Assembly: GCF_006345805.1 (NCBI RefSeq)
Contig: NC_042999.1
Coordinates: 40,610,001-40,674,000 of the forward strand
Reading direction: 5' to 3'
DNA: 64,000 bases
DNA from: Octopus sinensis
Lineage: Eukaryota
Positions within the stretch are counted from its first letter, which is position 1, and each line of letters starts with the position of its first letter. A program made the translations under genes and the position numbers. This document shows, one piece after another, positions 49,992-64,000 of this stretch. The notes below the pieces were generated by a model. It was given only the letters and a program-made list of their open reading frames with translations. It was not told the DNA's origin and did no database searches.

Positions 49992-50640
49992 TTATTTCTT
50001 CAAAATATAATCGCCATCGTTAGCAATAACAATTTTCCACCAACAAACGAGTTTTCTGATGCCTCGAGCAAAAACATTAAGTTCTTTAGAAGAGAAAAAT
50101 CTTCGGAGAGCCATTTCGACATCGTCTCTATTTCTGAAAGTTTTTCTGCCTTTAAAGTTTTCAAGTGATCTGAATGAGTTGAAATATGATGGTACTACGT
50201 CTGATGAGAGTGGAGTGGGACATCTGGTGAGAACAGAGCTTACTAGTTTAAAGAATTTATCTTTTCTTGGATTATCTTCACTAAATATCGTCTTGCATTT
50301 TCATATTTCAAGTTAAATTATTTTCTCTACAATCGAGTTGGTTGTTTATTGAGCAAATCTTGGTTGACACATTGACATTATCGACTATACAATTCTGCGA
50401 TGTTTTTCCATTGTTCCAATTACACGAGGTAAACAATACCTATTCTACAAAAGCAAAGCAAGATCCTAGTTGGTGTAGAACTGGTTTAGTTGTTGCATTT
50501 GGATGTCCATTTAGCTGTAACCACTGATTGTCGGTAAAGGCTGTCCATTTCCCATTTAGGTCACTCTGCCAGAGTAAAAACATTTATGTGCAGAGACATC
50601 GCCGAAACGACACTCTAAACAATTTTCTCCTCTAAAAGAT
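49992..50640 (-). mobile_element. Old mariner transposase relic, distinct from copies A and B
   Basis: LNGKWTAFTDNQW, TTKPVLHQ, GIVYLV.LEQ.K, YENAR, then SDVVPSYFNSFRSLEN.KGRKTF.NRDDVE...RGIRKL..WWKIVIANDGDYI*, matching the mariner catalytic C-terminus. Many stops and frameshifts. Confidence 0.75.
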
Positions 50641-51300
50641 AACCAGCTTTTTTGCCCGAAGGGTCGGAACACTGCTTTCGAGGTGGGAAAATGTTATTGC
50701 TTGCGATGGCAATTATGTTTTGAATGGATAAATATATTTACGATATGTTTCATACCAACTTGAACTTATTACACGAATTACGATATTACTTTTCCATACC
50801 CCTAATCTATATGTATCCCCAGCACATAAATTCACAAAAGCAATGAAAATTGTAGACGGTGTATATATACAAAAACGAAAAAAAAATTATAATTTAAACA
50901 AGGAAAAAATTTCTAGGTAGAAGCATGAAAAGTAATACTTATAGAGTAACAATGGTTCCTCTGGAAAGCATTTATCTAATAAAGTTATTATCAGAAATAT
51001 GATATTAGTATTACAATAGTTCCCCGAAGTTGTTGACAATCTGTGCTACATTTTCTGGCTAACTCAATTGTCGGAGATTTTTCTCAAGGAGAAAACAGAT
51101 GTATCTCTTCATATTCTATAAACTGAAGTTGGATACCGTCATACGCATTGTCATGAAAACAATTGGTTGGTTAGCTTACCATGTTAGACATAATTTGTTG
51201 GGGCTTGAAATTTTGTGAATGATTCTGTGTGAAGTTTGTATGTAAATACATAAGTGTACAAAGAAATACATACATTCATCTGTATATGTATATGTGGATG

Positions 51301-51333
<33 letters not shown>

Positions 51334-51345
51334 TATATTTATATA

Positions 51346-51740
51346 CTAGCAGTATCGCCCGGCGTTGCTCGGGTTTGTAAGGGAAATAACTATATAAGCA
51401 GTTTTAGAGATGTAAAGTATAATAGCCATCTCAATATGGTTAACCACAAAGGGGGGTGTTACTGTAGCTTTTTACGTTCTGAGATTTAATAATAAATTTT
51501 TAGAGAGTTACTTCCCTTATATATGCCCAAAATGCATTAAAAGTGGGAAAACTTGATGGTAAATTTTTTTTTAAATCGTAGACTCATCGTAGACGCGTGC
51601 TGATACCCAGAAGGGCTCCATATGAATCACGACTATAAGATACCCGGTTTTGGTTAAACTGCACCGCAAAATGTGGGAGTAGTTAGGAATCTAAATCGTA
51701 GGAGACTGACAGCACACAACCTCACTTTTATATATAAAGA
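51346..51740 (-). mobile_element. Non-autonomous Helitron (395 bp)
   Basis: Minus strand 5' TC-TTTATATATAAAA; 3' hairpin CCCGAGCAACGCCGGG followed by 8 nt and CTAG|T; no TSD. Confidence 0.75.
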
Positions 51741-53329
51741 CATATATATATATATAATAGAGTATATATCTTTATATTGGTGACATTATATTCAATTACT
51801 GACTTGTACAGGGACAGTGAAGCCTATACTTATGTGTTTATGTATATATATGCATATATAGGGGGTTTACAAGAGCGTCTCTCTCGGAGGAATTGTTTCG
51901 TTGTAATATATATATATATATATACACTTATATGCAAATATATACGTGCATATATACACGCATAATGTGTGAGCATATGATTGTATGTATGTATGTATGT
52001 ATGTATGCTTATTTGTACGTATGTATGTATATATGTATGTATGCACTCATTATGAGAGACCATTTAATAAAAAAGAAATAGCACCTAACATATGGAATGA
52101 CAGATACAAGCATAGAGAAACGAATGGCTAACTCACAAGATACATTAGAAATAGCTTGTCTAAGCAGAGGCAGCACCGTACTTACACGTTAAATTAAACT
52201 GGTGCATCGAACACACACGCATGCACATAGATACACATACATACACACACGCTCAGACACTCACCACTCAACACCCTCTCTCTCTCTCTCTTCCTCCTGT
52301 CTCTTATTCTTTCACCATCAACACAAAACCTTTACACATGATAACACTCCTTATTTGAGAATCATTGTTTTATATATGAATCTGTACACGTGTGACGAGT
52401 GTATTTGCGTGTGTATTTATATGAATGGCATAAATATCTTGTAGAGGTTTTGATATTTGAATACAAGACAAAATCCATTGTTGGCGTACGTTTAGTAAGA
52501 TATCAGCAAAAATATGCAACGTCTTTATACAACCGTATGTGAAACCGTATTCGTGTTGGTATGCGTACGTAAGTATGTAATTACTACACCTGTGCAGATT
52601 ATTTGTTTGATGTTTGTTTGTGTGTATGTGTCTGTGTGATCCCGTTCTTATACATGACTAGATACCTCTCGAAAATACGAGACTCCTTTGCATTCTATTA
52701 TGAACGATAGAATTATATTTATCATACGGATATGTGTGTCATTCTGTCTTTTCATACGAAAGTGCACATATGAGTCGGTCGCAACATACTACAGTCACAT
52801 GTACTTGTGCAAATATATGCCTACATATATGTGTGTGTATGTATGTATATATATATATGTGCGTGTGTGTGTCTGCATGTGTATGTATGTATATATCTAT
52901 ATGTATATATATATATAAATATATATATATGAATTAAGAAATAGATTCAAACGTAGGTGTAATTCAAATCATTTATACTTCCACCTTATGTTTCGAATAA
53001 CCCATTGAGATTATTCCAGAAGGAATGAAAATGATGTAAAACTATGCATTCATCTTGTCACGGAAGAAAAGAAACAAAACACATTGATAAGCCATTTTTA
53101 CCACGTACGTAAATGTATAATGTAGGGAGTAATCTAGGAAGTTATTTTTTTTTAAAGCCTTTAATAGATGTAACATCAAAGGTAAATTAGAGTGGAAAAA
53201 TTTCGTGTGAGAAATGAATGGGAATAAAGTTTAAAAGCAAGGAAATAGATATATGTAGTGGAAATGAAATGCAAGAAAAACAGTTAAAGGTCGATATATA
53301 TAGATTGGTAGAAATTACTTAAAGGGACT

Positions 53330-54300
53330 ATAGGTATGTTTTTCCAATGCGTGCAACGGTAAACATATTAGAACCAGAAGTAATTTTACATTGATAAACA
53401 GAGTTTCTAGTCTTAGAATTACTGCTCAGGAAACGAATTCGACTCAAATTTCTATCAGAAACATTGATATTATTGTTATTATTGTTCAAGGAATGGTTAG
53501 CGTTAATAATATAATTGTTATTATATTCGTTATGGGGATTTGTATTTAATATTTTACGGTTATGTGAAGAAATTATTTGTGAAAGGTTTTTGAGTTTGAA
53601 AATCCTATCCTTATTAGGTGTGAATTGATAATGGAATGGTATCTGGTACTGTTGGGAAAATTCTTGTCTATAGATTCACAGAACTGATAAGAGGGGTTGG
53701 ATTTGATATGCTTACCAAATTGAATGATCCTCCAAATTGCTTTACTAAAATCAATTATCTTTAAAACTCCTAAACTTATTTTTATTACCTCCCATACACT
53801 GCAAAATTAATTTATTTGAATTATTTTTATTATTCGAACGAAAATTTTATATTAGTATTACCGTTAGGATGTGTTTTCTTGTCTTGAATGATAGAGGCAG
53901 AATTAATGTCAATAAAATTTATATTGCTATTACCGTTACGACGTGTTTTCTCGTCTTGATTAACAGAGGCAGAATTAATGTCAATAGCTTTAAGATAAGT
54001 TTTTTTTCTTTATAGCCTGCTTTAAGTAAGGCAGAGTTATAAAATTCAGCGTTATCATTAAAGATATCAGCATTAGCAGATAGTCTTGAAAGACTAAGTG
54101 AAATATTTAAAAATAAGTTTCTTGTTATAGTCTTCGGATGGTTACTAAAAAAACTAATGTATTTTAAATTAGTTGAGGGCTTATGGTATAGGAAATAGGA
54201 ATCATTATATAAGTTAAAGGTAATGTCTAAAAAAATGGCTTCAGTAACATCATCATCGAAAATAATGATGACCCATGTTTCTAAAAAAAATAATAAACAT
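53330..54300 (-). mobile_element. Penelope-like element relic (RT C-terminus, linker, start of EN region), same family as 1-820
   Basis: FLDITFNL...YHKPSTNLKYISFFSNHPKTI...LSRLSAN..IFN; GKHIKSN...DKNFPNSTRYHSIINSHLIRIGFSN..NLSQIISSHNRKIL; RNSVYQCKI. Confidence 0.8.
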
Positions 54301-54856
54301 ATATATGCCGTATTTGATGGCCTATAAGACACAGCTTTTTTTACTCAAAAATGTCTTCAAACATTTTCCTGCACCCAATGCACTCAATGTAGGCTCAAAA
54401 CTCACGATTTTACAGCCATCGATTTATTCGTTAACTGATGGCAACGCTGAAGCTACCTGGCAACACTGCTAAAGTTCGCTACATGAAAACTAACACGAAA
54501 TCTTCGTAGGTGCAATAAATTGCTTATAATTACTGGTAATAATACAAAGTTACACAGATAAGTGGAGGAATTCAGATATTATTTTAGTGATAATTTATTT
54601 TGCACTCGTGCCTCTTATAGGCCATCAAATACGGTACATACATATATATATATATATATATATCCATAATTCATATATATCCATATATATACATACACAT
54701 GCGTACGAACATATGTATATATATATATTTGTGTGTGTGTGTGTGTGTATGTATATGTATATATATATATATGTATGTGTATATATAAATATATATATAC
54801 ATATATATGTATGTACATATATGCATATATATGCATATACATACATATACACACAC

Positions 54857-54894
<38 letters not shown>

Positions 54895-55381
54895 GGGAAC
54901 TAGATTAAATGATTCATAAAATCTACATTTTTTAAAAGGAAGTAGAACGTTTGAAAATCAGCTATATTAATGTAGTTTTCCACTCTTATTGCTATGAAGG
55001 CACGATGTTGTGGAGGGAAAAAAATCGAGGAAAAAGTTACAGAGGTTTAAAAATCGAAAACAATTGTGTATTTTTAGCCAATAGAGTAACAAAAATTTTC
55101 TGCGTTTAGCGGTGTTAAATTTAAGGTTGTAGACTGTGAAAATAATAGTTTAGCGTCTGTTCATTGTAGGTTTTTAAATAAGCATAAATAACTAATAAAA
55201 TGAACCTGTATCATCTTACTGTTTCTTTAATTTCTTCGTTGATTTCTATAGTGTTTTTGTATGTTTTCTTTCTTTAAGTTGTTATATTAATATATTGGTC
55301 TGCATGTGTTTACTACATGAGTATTTCAGTATTATGTATACCCGTCATATATTTCTGTACATCATTAATATATAAGTAATA

Positions 55382-55552
55382 GGCGCAGGAGTGGCTGTGT
55401 GGTAAGTAGCTTGCTAACCAACCACATGGTTCCGGGTTCAGTCCCACTGCATGGCATCTTGGGCAAGTGTCTTCTGCTATAGCCCCGGGCCGACCAATGC
55501 CTTGTGAGTGGATTTGGTAGACGGAAACTGAAAGAAGCCTGTCGTATATATG

Positions 55553-55585
<33 letters not shown>

Positions 55586-55783
55586 TTGTGTGTCTGTGTT
55601 TGTCCCGCTAGCATTGCTTGACAACCGATGCTGGTGTGTTTACGTCCCCGTCACTTAGCGGTTCGGCAAAAGAGACCGATAGAATAAGTACTGGGCTTAC
55701 AAAGAATAAGTCCCGGGGTCGATTTGCTCAACTAAAGGTGGTGCTCCAGCATGGCCGCAGTCATGAAACAAGTAAAAGAGTAA
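55382..55783 (+). mobile_element. SINE family 1, full length
   Basis: Near-identical to 47866-48256. Confidence 0.88.
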
Positions 55784-56539
55784 GTGCATGGGGATGTATG
55801 TATTCATATATAAGTTTATATGTACATTTATGCATGTATGTGTGTATGTGTGAGTGCATGTCTCCAAAACTCCAAAGTTGGGTAAGGTTTACATACTTGG
55901 ATTTGTAAGCTACGATAAGAGTAACACTGACCAACAAAGAATTTGTCCCAAGAAAAAGAATACTTGTATCATATATGTTTTTGCATGCAGAATTCAAAAA
56001 TAATGTCAAATTATCTGTATCACCCACAGTTTCTCTGTTTCACGTATCCCTCTCAGTTCCCGTTACGTGGGCTAAATTTCAGTTAAGTTGTTGAAATGTG
56101 AAGCTAACGGTTTAAGAAATATCCCTAATACATATGTTTATGAATAGAATTAACTTAGTGAAATCATAAATCAAGCTAAATGAGTCAATGATTCACTTCC
56201 CAGGTTAGACTCATATGTCACCGTACGACTGATATGTATAGATAAAACCAAGTTTACTCCACCAGAGAGTATCGTTGATTTGCGTACGAGTTGAGGGTAA
56301 TGACACTCAAATTTTAAGTACGGTATAATAAGCATTTGAGCTCAAATTCCCTTTGCTGATTAATTTGCAAAAGTAGAGAAAAAGAAGTAGATTGTGGCAC
56401 TATAATCTGCACTATTATTTACAGAGATTCTTGGATCACAAAAGTGCTCACCTGCAAACCAAGAAAACCTAAATGAGTGTACGAAGTATTTCAGCAAGAC
56501 ACTAGAAAATGGTTTCACTCTATCTTCGCATATATTTAC

Positions 56540-56579
<40 letters not shown>

Positions 56580-56606
56580 GTTATTATTATTATTATTATT
56601 ATTATT

Positions 56607-57865
56607 CAGTAGTTTTATTTTTATAGCGTGCTTTCACTTCACTACCGAGAGCAGCTCTGTGTGCCTTGGGTATGTGCTGTGATTTGTTGTGATGCTCTGA
56701 TGGTTATTGTATGGAAAGTGTTTCTGCTAGATGTGGTGCAGTGCCTAGTATGCAATTTTCTGTAGTTTATATGTGTTTAGTAAGTCCTGGTGTTTTGTTA
56801 TGTATTTGTCTGAATATTTTTTTATCATTGCCTAATGCACCTACTATGATAGGAATTGTTTCTTTCTGTTTTCAGGTTCCACATTCTAGTTACCTCTATT
56901 TCCAGGTCTTTGTATTTGGAGAGATTCTCTCATTTCTTTCTTTAGAGACACGTTTCATCTGCCGGTATTGATACATCAAATTAAGAAGCAATTTTTTTTC
57001 TTCATGATCTCTGACCACTATATATCGGTCTGTTGGCCTTAATTTCTCTATCTGTGTGTATCGGCATATCCCAGAGTATGGTTGCTTGCTTTCTCGTTTT
57101 CTGTGACCTTTTCTGGTGTGTGCCTATACCATCTCTTTTCTGTTGTTATTCCATAATGTTGGCATAGCTTCCAATGTATGTAGGTTCCAACTCTGTCATG
57201 TCTGTGAATATATTCCTTCTTAGCCAGGACTGGGCAGCTAGAGATAATATGATTTATTGTTTCTTGTCCATCTCCACATATTCTGCAGTTACTTGTAATA
57301 TTTCTTTTCATTACATGTTTTTGGTAATTTCTGGTGGGAAGGCTTTGGTCTTGTGCTGCAATTAAAAATCCCTCTGTTTCTGCTTTGAGTCCTGAACTTC
57401 TCAACCATTGCTGGGATTTTTCTTTGTCTATTTCTTTTGCGTTTAGTTTAGTGCAGTATTTACCATGAAGGGGTTTTTCTTGCCATCGTTTTATCATTTT
57501 TAGTTTGGATTTCATTTGTTTTATAGCTTTTGTTGTTTCTTCATCATCTTCTTCTTCTTCTTTGTGTTTATTAGGTGGTATGATTTCTTGTTTGTATTTG
57601 TCAGCTTCCTTAAATACTGAGAACAGTTTTTTGTTTTGCTCGTGTTTTGCTGCTATCTGGATCAGTTTTCCTTCCTTCTGAAGTAGGTATTTTTGCAGTC
57701 CTATGGTGGTTTTTATTTATAGTAGTTTTCCAGCTGTATAAGGCCACTACCACCTTCTATACGTTGTATATATAGTCTTTCTATGTCAGATTTTGGGTGA
57801 TGCATCCTAGATCCTGTCAGTTATTTTTCTTGTTTTCCTATCTATTTTTCTTGTTTTCCTATCTA
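56607..57865 (-). mobile_element. R4/Dong-clade non-LTR retrotransposon 3' fragment (CCHC and RLE), copy 1
   Basis: LKAETEGFLIAAQDQSL.TRNY, CRICGDGQETINHIISSC, RHDRV, RPDIVV...IDVS, K.SKY; about 100-nt 3' UTR followed by (TAA)n. Confidence 0.88.
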
Positions 57866-57886
57866 TTATTTTTATTATTATTATTA

Positions 57887-57948
<62 letters not shown>

Positions 57949-57992
57949 ATTATCATTATTATATATTATTATTATCATCATCATCATCATTA

Positions 57993-58024
<32 letters not shown>

Positions 58025-58050
58025 GTTATTATTATTATATTATTATTATT

Positions 58051-59294
58051 CAGTAGTTTTATTTTTATAGCGTGCTTTCACACTTCACTACCGAGAGCAG
58101 CTCTGTGTGCCTTGGGTATGTGCTGTGATTTGTTGTGATGCTCTGATGGTTATTGTATGGAAAGTGTTCTGCGTAGGATGTGTGCAGTGCCTAGTAGTGC
58201 AATTTTCTGTATGTTATATTGTTTGTAAGTCCTGGTGTTTTGTTATGTATTTGTCTGAATATTTTTTTATCATGCCTAATGCACCTACATGATAGGAATT
58301 GTTTCTGTTTTCAGGTTCCACATTCTAGTTACCTCCTCTTTTCCAGGTCTTTGTATTTTGAGAGATTCTCCATTTCTTTGAGACACGTTGTCATCTGCCG
58401 GTATTGATACATCAATTAGAAGCATTTTTTTCTTCATGATCTCTGACAACTATATCTGGTCTGTTGCCTTAATTTCTCTATCTGTGTGTATCGGCATATC
58501 CCAGAGTATTTGGTGCTTTCTCGTTTTCTGTGACCTTTTCTGGTGTGTGCCTATACCATCTTTTTTCTGTTGTTATTCCATAATGTTGGCATAGCTTCCA
58601 ATGTATGTAGGTTCCCACTCTGTCATGTCTGTGAATATATCCTTCTTTCTTAGCCAGGACTGGGCAGCTAGAGATAATATGATTTATTGTTTCTTGTCCA
58701 TCTCCACATATTCTGCAGTACTTGTAATATTTCTTTTCATTACATGTTTTTGGTAATTTCTGTGGTGAAAGCTTTGGTCTTGTGCTGCAATTAAAATCCT
58801 CTGTTTTTCTGCTTTGAGTGATCCTGAACTTCTCAACCATTGCTGGGATTTTTCTTTGTCTATTTCTTTTGCGTTTAGTTTATGCAGTATTTACCATGAA
58901 GGGGTTTTTCTTGCCATCGTTTTATCATTTTTAGTTTGGATTTCATTTGTTTTATAGCTTTTGTTGTTTCTTCAATCATCTTCTTCTTCTTCTTTGTGTT
59001 TATTAGGTGGTATGATTTCTTGTTTGTATTTGTCAGCTTCCTTAAATACTGAGAACAGTTTTTTGTTTTGCTCGTGTTTTGCTGCTATCTGGATCAGTTT
59101 TCCTTCCTTCTGAAGTAGGTATTTTTGCAGTCCTATGGTGGTTATTTTATAGTAGTTTTCCAGCTGTATAAGGCCACTACCACCTTCTATACGTTGTATA
59201 TATAGTCTTTCTATGTCAGATTTTGGGTGATGCATCCTAGATCCTGTCAGTATTTTTCTTGTTTTCCTATCTATTTTTCTTGTTTTCCTATCTA
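58051..59294 (-). mobile_element. R4/Dong-clade 3' fragment, copy 2 (tandem duplicate)
   Basis: Same 3' end, same 5' truncation with a duplicated ~20-mer, and the same flanking microsatellite variants as copy 1. Confidence 0.88.
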
Positions 59295-59315
59295 TTATTT
59301 TTATTATTATTATTA

Positions 59316-59380
<65 letters not shown>

Positions 59381-59423
59381 ATTATCATTATTATTATTAT
59401 TATTATCATCATCATCATCATTA

Positions 59424-59481
<58 letters not shown>

Positions 59482-59498
59482 CATCATCATCATCATCA

Positions 59499-59541
<43 letters not shown>

Positions 59542-59701
59542 GCAGGTCAAATGAAAAAGAAGAAACCAAGAAACTGCCATGGCAATAAACAGTATTAGGT
59601 AATGGTGCACATTGTAGTCATTCTGGGATGCAAGTTTTATAAGGATTAGAAAGCCCTGCTCGAAATAAGCGAGCATAGAAATCATGAACTACCAAATGAC
59701 A

Positions 59702-60500
59702 GGTGGCGAGCTGGCAGAATCGTTAGCACGCCGGGAGAAATGCATAACCGTATTTCGTCTGCCGTTACGTTCTGAGTTCAAATTCTGCCGAGGTCGACTT
59801 TGCCTTTCATCCTTTCGGGGTCGATAAATTAAGTACCAATTACGCACTGGGATCGATGAAATCGACTTAATCCGTTTGCCTGTCCTTGTTTGCCCCCTCT
59901 GTGTTTAGCCCCTTGTAGGTAGTAAAGAAATAGGTATTTCGTCTGCCGCTACGTTCTGAGTTTAAATTCCGCCGAGGTCGACTTTGCCCTTCATCCTTTC
60001 CGGGTCGATTAAATAAGTACCAGTTACGCTCTGGGGTCGATATAATTGACTTAATCCCTTTGTCTGTCCTTTTTGTCCTCTCTGTGTTTAGCCTCTTGTG
60101 GGTAGTAACAAAATAGGTATTTCGTCTGTCTTTACTTTCTGTCTTCAAATTCCACCGAGGTCGACTTTGCCTTTCATCCTTTCGGGGTCGATAATTTAAG
60201 TACCAGTTGCGCACAGGGGTGGATGTAATCGACTTAACCCCTTTGTCTGTCCTACTTTGTCCCCTCTACGTTTGTCCCCTTGTGGGCAATAAAGAAATAA
60301 GAAACGTTAGCACGCCGGGCGAAATGCTTAGCGGCATTTCGTCTATCATTACGTTCTGAGTTCAAATTTTACCGAGGTAGACTTTGCCTTTCCTCCTTTC
60401 GGGGTCGATAAATTAAGTACCAGTTGCATACTGGGGTCGATCTAATCGACTGGCTCCCTTCCCAAAACTTTGGGGCTTTTTGCCTAGAATAGAAAAGGTT
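59702..60500 (+). mobile_element. Tandem array of four SINE family 2 units
   Basis: Units start at about 59702, 59933, 60116 and 60301; units 2 and 3 are 183-184 bp and lack the A-box head. Confidence 0.85.
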
Positions 60501-60639
60501 TTCTCTGAATGTTGTATAGAGCGCTCTTTCTCCACTACGACTGTCACCATGTCTATAAATGTGTGTGTGTGTTTGTATGAGTGTGCGTGTGAGTTTGAGA
60601 GTCTGAGCGTGTGTATGTGTGTATGTGTCTCCTCCCTTT

Positions 60640-60900
60640 CTCTTCTTTGCTTCAGTCATTGGACTACGGCTATACTGGAGTACCATCTTGAAGGTTTTAA
60701 CTAATCAAGTCAATCCTAGAACACATTTGCTAATCCTGGCACATATTGTATCAGTCTTTGTTTCAGAACCGCTAAGTTTTCGAGCGATTTGGGGGACACT
60801 AACACAAACACACTCAGGCAAACATATAAACATACAAAACACTCACATATGTACGACAGGCTTCTGCACAGTTTCCTTCTACCAAGTCTACTCACAAGAC
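60640..60900 (-). mobile_element. Degraded SINE family 1
   Basis: CTTCAGTCATTGGACTACGGC.ATACTGGAGTACC and GAACCGCTAAGT motifs. Confidence 0.6.
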
Positions 60901-61239
60901 AAAGTATGGTACGTGATTGTACTAAAAGAAAGGTGCCCAGTGTTCCAGACCCTGAGATTGTACCCGAAACTATCTAGTTTCAAAGTGGGCTTATTAACAT
61001 AGAACCATCACTACACACAAATACATATATCGCGTTGGGTATATGTGTACGTATATGCGTATGTGTATGTGTGTGTGTGAGTGTACTTGAGTGAATGTGT
61101 ATATGTGCGGGCATTGGTGATTCGATTTCATTGTTTAAGATATTTACGACATTTGTTGGATTACTTTCGTCTCGGACAGTTTGATGGATGGATAGAAGAC
61201 CAAAATTACATTACATCTCTCACCTTCGAAAGCGATGTT

Positions 61240-61403
61240 TACTTAAATCCGGGCTTTACCAATTGTGTATACATACGTACTTACATACATATACACACAT
61301 ATATATGTTGGTACGCATGCATTTATACACACATACACATATATACACACACGCACACACACACAGACACACACACACACACACACCACACACACACACA
61401 CAC

Positions 61404-61450
<47 letters not shown>

Positions 61451-61588
61451 TATATATACATTTATAAATATATAAACAAATATAAGATATATAAACGTAT
61501 ACATATACATTTTTATATGTGTGTGATTGTACACGTGTGTGAGTAGATATATGTACATATCTATGTATGCGTGTATGCACATATATAC

Positions 61589-61662
<74 letters not shown>

Positions 61663-62445
61663 AATAAATATATATGTCTATATATATGTATATATATATA
61701 TACACAAATACATATATATACGTAAATTTTTAAATATATATATATATATACATACATATATATATACACGCACACACACATGTATATTTACAAATATCTA
61801 TATATAAATATAAATATATACATATATACATATATATGTATGAATAAGTGTGTATATATATATATAATATATATATATATATATACATGTATGTGTGTAT
61901 GTATCTATGTATGTGTGTATGATTGTATGTATGTATGTATATACGTATGCATGAATGTATACATGCATGTATGTATGTATGAATCGCTTAGTTTTCTTTG
62001 TTGTTAATAATGCGGGTTGTGTTATTATTTAGTCTACATTTTTCATCCATTTTCGTAGATGTTTTTCCCCTCGCTATTCACGTTGTATTTATGGTGGCGT
62101 TCCTATTAATGTTGGCGTTGGTGCCGGGGAATGATAGTTGTGGAGGTGATGTTGTTGGAGCGTGTGTTTGTAGAACTGTTGATTATCGATATTGTTGTTT
62201 TGTTGTTTTGTTTGTTTGATTTTTACTTGTGTTCCCTTCGTGGTCGTTGCCAACATCGTCGCTATATTTGTTCTTGTTATTGTTAATGCTTGTCAATTTC
62301 CATTACGCGTTTATTTGAAAGGAAACCAACCAACTAAATATACATACGTACATATACATTCATGCACGCTCGCTTACACCCACACACACATACAGATATA
62401 TATATCTGTGTGTGTTTGCTTGTGTTTATGCATATATACAAATAT

Positions 62446-62486
<41 letters not shown>

Positions 62487-62529
62487 CTCATACATGTACA
62501 TATATAATGTACCTTTATATTTACGTTCT

Positions 62530-62566
<37 letters not shown>

Positions 62567-62602
62567 GTATATATATATGTGTATATATATATATATATAC
62601 AT

Positions 62603-62652
<50 letters not shown>

Positions 62653-62860
62653 TATATACATATACATATACATATACATACATACATATATATATATGCA
62701 TTACTCACAAACATTCTTGCCAACATAGATACATAATTTTACCTACCTATATATAAATACGTACATACATACATACGTATGTACGTACGTAGTACATATA
62801 TACATACATACATTCACACATACATACATGTATACATACATGCATACATATGTGCGTACA
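61240..62860. repeat. (TA)n/(CA)n/(TACA)n microsatellite cluster
   Basis: Direct reading. Confidence 0.9.
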
Positions 62861-63123
62861 TAAATACGTAAGAGAACATTTTTTTTCACTCACTACTCAT
62901 TATATAGCTGCTACTACTTTGTAACTTACTTATGTATCCATTTTTTTTTTTTCGCAATCCTTTTTGTAAAAAGCTCTATTGAATGTTTGTGATTTCTTAT
63001 AATTCTTCTAGTTCGTTTCTTTTTCTCTCATGATTGTGAACACAATCATTTATGTGCGTTTGCGCGTTGTTATGTTCGTATTTTCTTCATTGTCTAATTG
63101 TGTGTTGGTATGTATGTGTGTGT

Positions 63124-63165
<42 letters not shown>

Positions 63166-63544
63166 AATGGAGAAAGAAGTAGAGAAAAAGACAGTGTGAG
63201 AGAAGTAGTTTTGTGCGTGCATATGTGTGTGTCGGAGATGTATGAGCACGTCTTTTTCACGTGAGTAAGTTTGATTTTCTTTTTAGGCGTTTATTTTTTA
63301 TTTCCCTCCTTTTTCCGTCAACAAGATATTACTACATTACATTTTCTAAGCATCAACCCTAACATTTAGATGTAAACATACATATATAACTCATACAGAA
63401 AAATAAATGAAAAAAAAAAAACAAAGGAAAAATACGGAAGGACAGAAGATGATATCGAAGACGAAGAAGCAGAAAAAAAAAAAAAATAGATGACGATAAG
63501 AAAAGAGATAATTAAGATTGCTCTAATAGAGATTATCGTGATTA

Positions 63545-63678
63545 TAATGGTGATGATGACCATGATGATGATGAAGAGGAGCAGGAGGAGGAAGAGGAGG
63601 AGGACAACGACGACGACGACGACAACGATGACAAGACGGTGACAACAGTGAGGACGAAGTTAATGATGACAGCAATGG

Positions 63679-63733
<55 letters not shown>

Positions 63734-63780
63734 GGTGGTGGTGGTGGTGATCATCATCATCGTCATACTGATGATGAAGA
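63545..63780. repeat. Compound (GAT/GAC/GAG/GGT)n microsatellite
   Basis: Direct reading. Confidence 0.9.
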
Positions 63781-64000
63781 GGAGGGGAGAAAGACGAGAA
63801 AGAAGAGACGGAGGAGGGGAGGAAGAAGAGAATGAAGACCATGTTCATGAGGATGACGTTCATGGTGACGACGGCGACGAAGATTTTAAAACGAAAAGGA
63901 AGTACAAATCTTTTTTGAGGCACATCAACAACAGTAACTTTATCGAGAGAAGCAGCATAATAGTTTTCAATATTATCATCATTATTGCATTTTGCCCGTC

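Noticed and set aside
50198-50215. CTGATGAG motif
   Set aside because: Lies in the antisense of a mariner relic and has no downstream GAAA.
58972-59685. 237-aa ORF joining poly-I/M to R4 protein sequence
   Set aside because: Chance read-through of the (TAA)n tract into a 5'-truncated retroelement.

Overview
AT-rich eukaryotic genomic DNA made almost entirely of microsatellites and transposable elements. I found no host protein-coding exon that I can support. The SINE families and repeat landscape look like a coleoid cephalopod (octopus); this is an inference from pattern recognition, not a database result. Recognisable content: two near-identical DD34D mariner copies plus an older mariner relic, Tc1 (DD34E) and DD37D relics, a full-length Tx1/L1-clade LINE (8383-14114, minus), two tandem 3' fragments of an R4/Dong-type RLE retroelement, relics of Penelope, RTE, Gypsy, Helitron and probably piggyBac, many tRNA-derived SINEs, and several hammerhead-ribozyme motifs in (TA)n-flanked repeats. 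Most notable: (1) a TSD-flanked 1.92-kb retroposon (38057-39980) that encodes only an intact 493-aa ORF1 protein; (2) a 3'-terminal stem-loop shared by that element, the full-length LINE and a SINE family, suggesting one RT serving three partners; (3) an ORF-less 583-nt hammerhead-containing unit with 137-bp terminal redundancy (retrozyme-like). Most short ORFs in the track are microsatellite or antisense artefacts.
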